Assembly: GCA_900547975.1 (NCBI GenBank)
Contig: URIX01000004.1
Span: 2,719-66,718, forward strand
Length of the DNA stretch: 64,000 bases
Origin: an uncultured Eubacteriales bacterium
GTDB lineage: Bacteria > Bacillota > Clostridia > Christensenellales > CAG-917
Direction: 5' to 3'
Of this stretch, positions 60,083 through 64,000 are shown piece after piece. Within the stretch, counting starts at the first letter, position 1; each line of letters starts with the position of its first letter. The position numbers were made by a program, and so were the translations under genes. The notes under the pieces are model-generated. The model saw nothing but the letters and a program-made list of their open reading frames with translations, was not told the origin of the DNA and searched no databases.

Positions 60083-61249
60083 TTATTTTGCCTTTTCGTC
60101 GTACGCTTTTTTGAGCGGATATTGTTTCTTCTGGTCGGAAATCTGGTCGAAGCGTTTGAGGAACTCTTTTTGTTCCTTGCTCACGCTCTTGGGAACTTCA
60201 ACGACGACCTTGACGAACATATCGCCCTTGCCCGTGCCTTTGAGTTTCTTTATGCCGTAATTCTTGATTGTAAACACCGTTCCGCTTTGCGTTCCTTCGG
60301 GGATTTTGACCTCTTTATTGCCGTAAAGCGTAGGCACTTCGATAGTCGTGCCGAGCGTTGCGTCCACGATTGAAATCGGCACTTCGAGCAACACGTCGAA
60401 TCCGTTTCTCGAAAAGAGTTTGTGAGGCGCGACTCTGACTTCGACGTACAAGCCGCCCTTTTCGCCGCCGTTCGAGCCTGCGTGACCTTCGTTGTCGTAT
60501 CTGACTCTTTGACCCGAATCGATACCGGCAGGAATATTCACCTTGACTTCGCTCACCTTTTCGAAGCGACCTACGCCGCCGCAAGAGGTGCACTTGTCGG
60601 TGATAATCTTGCCCGTGCCGTGACAGGTGGGGCAAACGCCTTGCGTGCTGACTTGACCGAACGGCGTGCGTTGAGTCATAGTCACTCTGCCGCTACCCTT
60701 ACATTGCGAGCAGACCTTGAACGCCGTACCGTCTTTTGCGCCCGTACCTTTGCAGTCGGGGCAATTCTCAACTCTCTTGACGTTGACGGTCTTTTGAGTG
60801 CCGAACGCCGCTTCCTCGAACGTAAGATTGACGCCGACGAGAATATCTTGTCCTCTTTGAGGCGCGTTTGCGCGTTGCGCTCTCGACGAGCCACCGCCGA
60901 ATCCCGAAAAGATTGACGAAAAGATGTCGTCCATATCGAATCCGAATCCGCCTGCCCCCGTACCGCCGCTGCCGAATCCGCTAAAACCGCCGAATCCCGC
61001 GCCTGCCTGCGGTCCGTTTTCGTCGCCGTAGGTGTCGTATGCCGCGCGCTTTTGCGGGTCGGAAAGCACTTCGTAGGCGTGGTTTATATCCTTAAACTTC
61101 GCCTCTGCATCCTTCTTTTCCTGCTCGCTCGCCGAAACGTACATATCGGGGTGATATTTCTTTGCGAGTTTACGATAGGCAAGTTTCAATTCGTCTGCCG
61201 TAGCCGTCTTTTCGACGCCGAGTATTTCGTAATAATTTTTTGCTGCCAT
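60083..61249 (-). CDS. dnaJ: Chaperone DnaJ
   Basis: J domain YYEILGV...KYHPD, G/F region and four CxxCxGxG zinc motifs. Confidence 0.95.
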   Translation of the reverse strand: MAAKNYYEILGVEKTATADELKLAYRKLAKKYHPDMYVSASEQEKKDAEAKFKDINHAYEVLSDPQKRAAYDTYGDENGPQAGAGFGGFSGFGSGGTGAGGFGFDMDDIFSSIFSGFGGGSSRAQRANAPQRGQDILVGVNLTFEEAAFGTQKTVNVKRVENCPDCKGTGAKDGTAFKVCSQCKGSGRVTMTQRTPFGQVSTQGVCPTCHGTGKIITDKCTSCGGVGRFEKVSEVKVNIPAGIDSGQRVRYDNEGHAGSNGGEKGGLYVEVRVAPHKLFSRNGFDVLLEVPISIVDATLGTTIEVPTLYGNKEVKIPEGTQSGTVFTIKNYGIKKLKGTGKGDMFVKVVVEVPKSVSKEQKEFLKRFDQISDQKKQYPLKKAYDEKAK

Positions 61250-61444
61250 AATCTATTCTTCAACCCTATCGGGTTGCCTTTATTCGTATTTGGGTGCTTT
61301 GGGCACGTTATCTCGATAACTCTTTATAATATCGAGTTTCCTTTTATACGTCTCGGCGCAACGGTTGCCCTGATTCTTCAGTCTGCAAAAGTTCTTGATA
61401 CCGGTTGCCCGTTGCGCCTCGATTCGTTATTGTTTTGACCTTTA

Positions 61445-63286
61445 TCAGTCAACCGTTCCGTCTACGCCGCCGTCCGGATTTGCGCCGCCTTGGAAGTCTT
61501 CGGGGTTAATTCCCGCTTGCTTTGCCGCTTCTGCCGCCGCTTCGGGGTTTTGTTGATAGAACTTCGTGAAGATGGGGTCGGTGACTTTCGTCAATTTCTC
61601 GACAACCGCTTTCACGTCGTCTTCGCTCTCTGCTTTTGCAAGTTCTTCGGTTGCGGTCTTCGTCGCTTCGGTGACTTGCGTCTTGTCTGCTTCTTCGAGT
61701 TTCTCGCCGTTTTCGCTTACGAATTTATCGACAGCGAAGATAAGTTGTTCTGCGTTGTTCTTTGCGTCCACGACCGCTCTGCGCTTCTTGTCTTCCTCTG
61801 CGTACTTCTCTGCGTCCTTGACAGCGGCGTCGATGTCCGCTTCGGTGAGGTTAGAAGACGCGGTGATGGTAATGGATTGAGATTTGCCGGTAGCCTTATC
61901 GCAAGCCTTGACGGATACGATACCGTTTGCGTCGATGTCGAAGGTGACTTCGATTTGCGGGATTCCGCGCGGTGCGGGTGCAATACCGACGAGTTCGAAT
62001 CTGCCGAGCGTCTTATTGTCGCGAGCAAATTGTCTTTCGCCTTGCAAAACGTGAATGTCGACTGCGGTTTGGTTGTCTGCCGCCGTGCTGAACACTTGCG
62101 ATTTGCTCGTAGGAATGGTGGTGTTTCTGTCAATAAGTTTGGTGCATACGCCGCCGAGCGTTTCGATGCCGAGCGACAACGGTGTGACGTCGAGCAAAAG
62201 CATATCTTTCACTTCGCCTGCGAGAACGCCGCCTTGAATTGCCGCGCCGAGAGCCACGCACTCGTCGGGGTTGATTCCCTTATACGGGTCTTTGCCGGTG
62301 ATGCGTTTAACGGATTCGTACACTGCGGGAACACGAGTCGAACCGCCGACCATAATGACCTTTGCGATGTCGTTGTAACTGAGTCCTGCGTCTTTGAGCG
62401 CTTGTTGCATAGGACCTTGCGTTGCCTTGACGAGGTCTTCGGTGAGCGAATCGAATTTTGCTCTGGTAAGTTCCATATCGAGGTGCATAGGCACGCCGTT
62501 TTCCATTGCGATGAACGGAAGCGAAATCTTCGCTTTGGTCACGCCGGACAAGTCGATCTTTGCCTTTTCTGCGGCTTCTTTGATACGTTGCATTGCCATC
62601 TTGTCTTTGGTGAGGTCAACGCCGTGCTCTTTCTTGAACTCGCTCGTGATCCAGTCCATAATGCGCTTGTCGAAGTCGTCGCCGCCCAAACGGTTGTTGC
62701 CTGCTGTTGCAAGAACTTCGAATACGCCGTCGCCGAGTTCGAGGATAGAAACGTCGAACGTGCCGCCGCCGAGGTCGAAGATGAGGACTTTCTGATTCTT
62801 GTTCTCGTCCTTATCGATGCCGTAAGCGAGTGCCGCCGCCGTAGGCTCGTTGATGATACGTTTCACTTCCAAGCCCGCAATCTTACCTGCGTCTTTGGTT
62901 GCTTGACGTTGAGAGTCCGTGAAGTATGCGGGAACAGTGATAACCGCTTCCGTAACCTTTTCGCCGAGATACTTCTCTGCATCGTTTTTGAGTTTGGTCA
63001 AAATCATTGCCGAGATTTCTTGCGGCGTATATTCTTTGTTTTCGATTTTAACTTTATAATCGGAACCCATCTCTCTCTTGATGGAACTTACCGTATGTTC
63101 GGGGTTTGCGACCGCCTGACGTTTAGCGATTTCGCCGACGAGTCTTTCTCCGTCCTTTGTGAACGCCACGACGGACGGGGTCGTTCTCATACCTTCGGCG
63201 TTGGGGATAACCACCGCTTCACCGCCTTCCATAACTGCTACGCACGAGTTTGTCGTACCAAGGTCAATACCGATAATCTTTCCCAT
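61445..63286 (-). CDS. dnaK: Chaperone DnaK (Hsp70)
   Basis: [24 protein letters not shown] and [10 protein letters not shown]. Confidence 0.97.
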   Translation of the reverse strand: MGKIIGIDLGTTNSCVAVMEGGEAVVIPNAEGMRTTPSVVAFTKDGERLVGEIAKRQAVANPEHTVSSIKREMGSDYKVKIENKEYTPQEISAMILTKLKNDAEKYLGEKVTEAVITVPAYFTDSQRQATKDAGKIAGLEVKRIINEPTAAALAYGIDKDENKNQKVLIFDLGGGTFDVSILELGDGVFEVLATAGNNRLGGDDFDKRIMDWITSEFKKEHGVDLTKDKMAMQRIKEAAEKAKIDLSGVTKAKISLPFIAMENGVPMHLDMELTRAKFDSLTEDLVKATQGPMQQALKDAGLSYNDIAKVIMVGGSTRVPAVYESVKRITGKDPYKGINPDECVALGAAIQGGVLAGEVKDMLLLDVTPLSLGIETLGGVCTKLIDRNTTIPTSKSQVFSTAADNQTAVDIHVLQGERQFARDNKTLGRFELVGIAPAPRGIPQIEVTFDIDANGIVSVKACDKATGKSQSITITASSNLTEADIDAAVKDAEKYAEEDKKRRAVVDAKNNAEQLIFAVDKFVSENGEKLEEADKTQVTEATKTATEELAKAESEDDVKAVVEKLTKVTDPIFTKFYQQNPEAAAEAAKQAGINPEDFQGGANPDGGVDGTVD

Positions 63287-63413
63287 ATTATTTCTCCTTT
63301 TCCCGCTTTGACGGGAAGAAAACTTATTTTCTTTATATTTTTATGTTTTCGCATTGCTGCGGAAATATCTTTTTATTGTTTACTGTTTATTGTTTTGCTT
63401 CTATACTCTTTGC

Positions 63414-64000
63414 TTAGTCTTCCCAATATCCGACTTTTACGCTTGCCGGTCTAAGAAGTTTCGTTCCGAGCATATATCCTTTTGCAAGCACTTCGACCAC
63501 TTTGCCTTGTCTCTGCTCGTCCTTGACTCTTTCAACCGCGCTCATAAACTTTGCGTCGAAGTCTTTGTCTATTGCGTCGACTTCGGTAAGTCCGAATCCG
63601 CCGAGCGCGCCGAGAATCTGACTTTCCATCATATTGAATCCCGTAAGAGCCGCTTCGTCTTTAACGTACTTTCTTGCGAGGTCGCAGTTGTCAAGCACGG
63701 AAAGCATCTTTTCAATCACTATGGATTGTCCGAGTTGCTTCATATCTTCGGCAATGGAATTGTTGCGCTTGCGATAGTTGTCGAAATCCGCTTGCAGTCT
63801 TTGAGTCAAACCTTTGCAGGTTTCTGCCTCTGCGATTGCCTGTCCGAGTTTTTCTTCGAGTGCTGCGATGTATTCCTCGTCGCTAAGCCCCTCGCGGTCT
63901 ATCTCGAAAGACCTTTTCTCGTCCTCTTTGACTTCCGCTTCTACTTGCTCGTCGTTTTGGCTTTCGACTTTATTTTCGTTTTTGTTTTCGTATTTATCTT
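63414..64000 (-). CDS. grpE: Nucleotide exchange factor GrpE; the N-terminus lies beyond the window end
   Basis: RLQADFDNYRKR and the C-terminal beta domain. The frame stays open upstream of the track's TTG start to position 64000 (...EEYIAALEEKLGQAIAEAETCKGLTQRLQ). Confidence 0.9.
   Translation of the reverse strand, partial: DKYENKNENKVESQNDEQVEAEVKEDEKRSFEIDREGLSDEEYIAALEEKLGQAIAEAETCKGLTQRLQADFDNYRKRNNSIAEDMKQLGQSIVIEKMLSVLDNCDLARKYVKDEAALTGFNMMESQILGALGGFGLTEVDAIDKDFDAKFMSAVERVKDEQRQGKVVEVLAKGYMLGTKLLRPASVKVGYWED

Noticed and set aside
61490-63454. 654-aa plus-strand ORF covering all of dnaK.
   Set aside because: It is codon-aligned antisense to an unmistakable dnaK gene. Its composition is Arg/Phe/Val/Cys/His-rich and has no recognisable motifs. 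It is explained by the scarcity of TTA/CTA/TCA codons in the sense gene.

Overview
This is a 64-kb chromosomal segment from an endospore-forming Firmicute that looks Clostridia-like. All calls rest on hand translation, motif recognition and synteny; no database search was possible.

Almost every gene is on the minus strand. In window order:
- A partial HI0933-type flavoprotein, then surE and rluB.
- Two S11 DD-carboxypeptidases flanking ytfI/ytfJ and scpA/scpB.
- A receiver-less Spo0A C-terminal-domain protein convergent with spoIVB.
- A COG2509-type flavoprotein, intact sigK, nrdR and ylmC.
- The spoIIGA-sigE-sigG cluster directly downstream of ftsA-ftsZ.
- A compact dcw cluster: mraZ, rsmH, an FtsL-slot protein, a spoVD-like PBP, murE, mraY, murD, spoVE/ftsW and murA.
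- tig-clpP-clpX-engB, then rqcH.
- A more accessory stretch at 39-57 kb: ACT/UPF0210 pair, PAP2 phosphatase, M29 aminopeptidase, enoate-reductase-like flavoenzyme, tRNA-Glu, a nucleoside phosphorylase cassette, an ArsR-HMA-P1B ATPase operon and a 1522-aa surface-anchored double metallophosphoesterase.
- hit, mtaB, rsmE, prmA, dnaJ, dnaK and a partial grpE.

The most interesting signal is non-coding. A family of ~125-nt long-hairpin repeats has at least 9 copies and occurs only between 39.2 and 56.8 kb. It comes in two sequence subtypes that share one fold, supported by compensatory stem changes. Every cluster abuts or overlaps the stop codon of a minus-strand gene. One copy separates an HMA domain ORF from its ATPase body, and another supplies the last codons and the stop of the HIT gene. 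I could not assign it to any repeat or RNA class I know.

Secondary observations:
- An inverted pair of GC-hairpin plus heptamer-repeat elements after the two plus-strand metallophosphoesterase genes.
- A promoter-gene-terminator cassette bounded by ~60-bp direct repeats next to tRNA-Glu.
- Two short ORFs with strong Shine-Dalgarno (SD) sites.
- Several tandem repeats.
- A strong avoidance of TTA/CTA/TCA codons, which creates very long spurious antisense ORFs.
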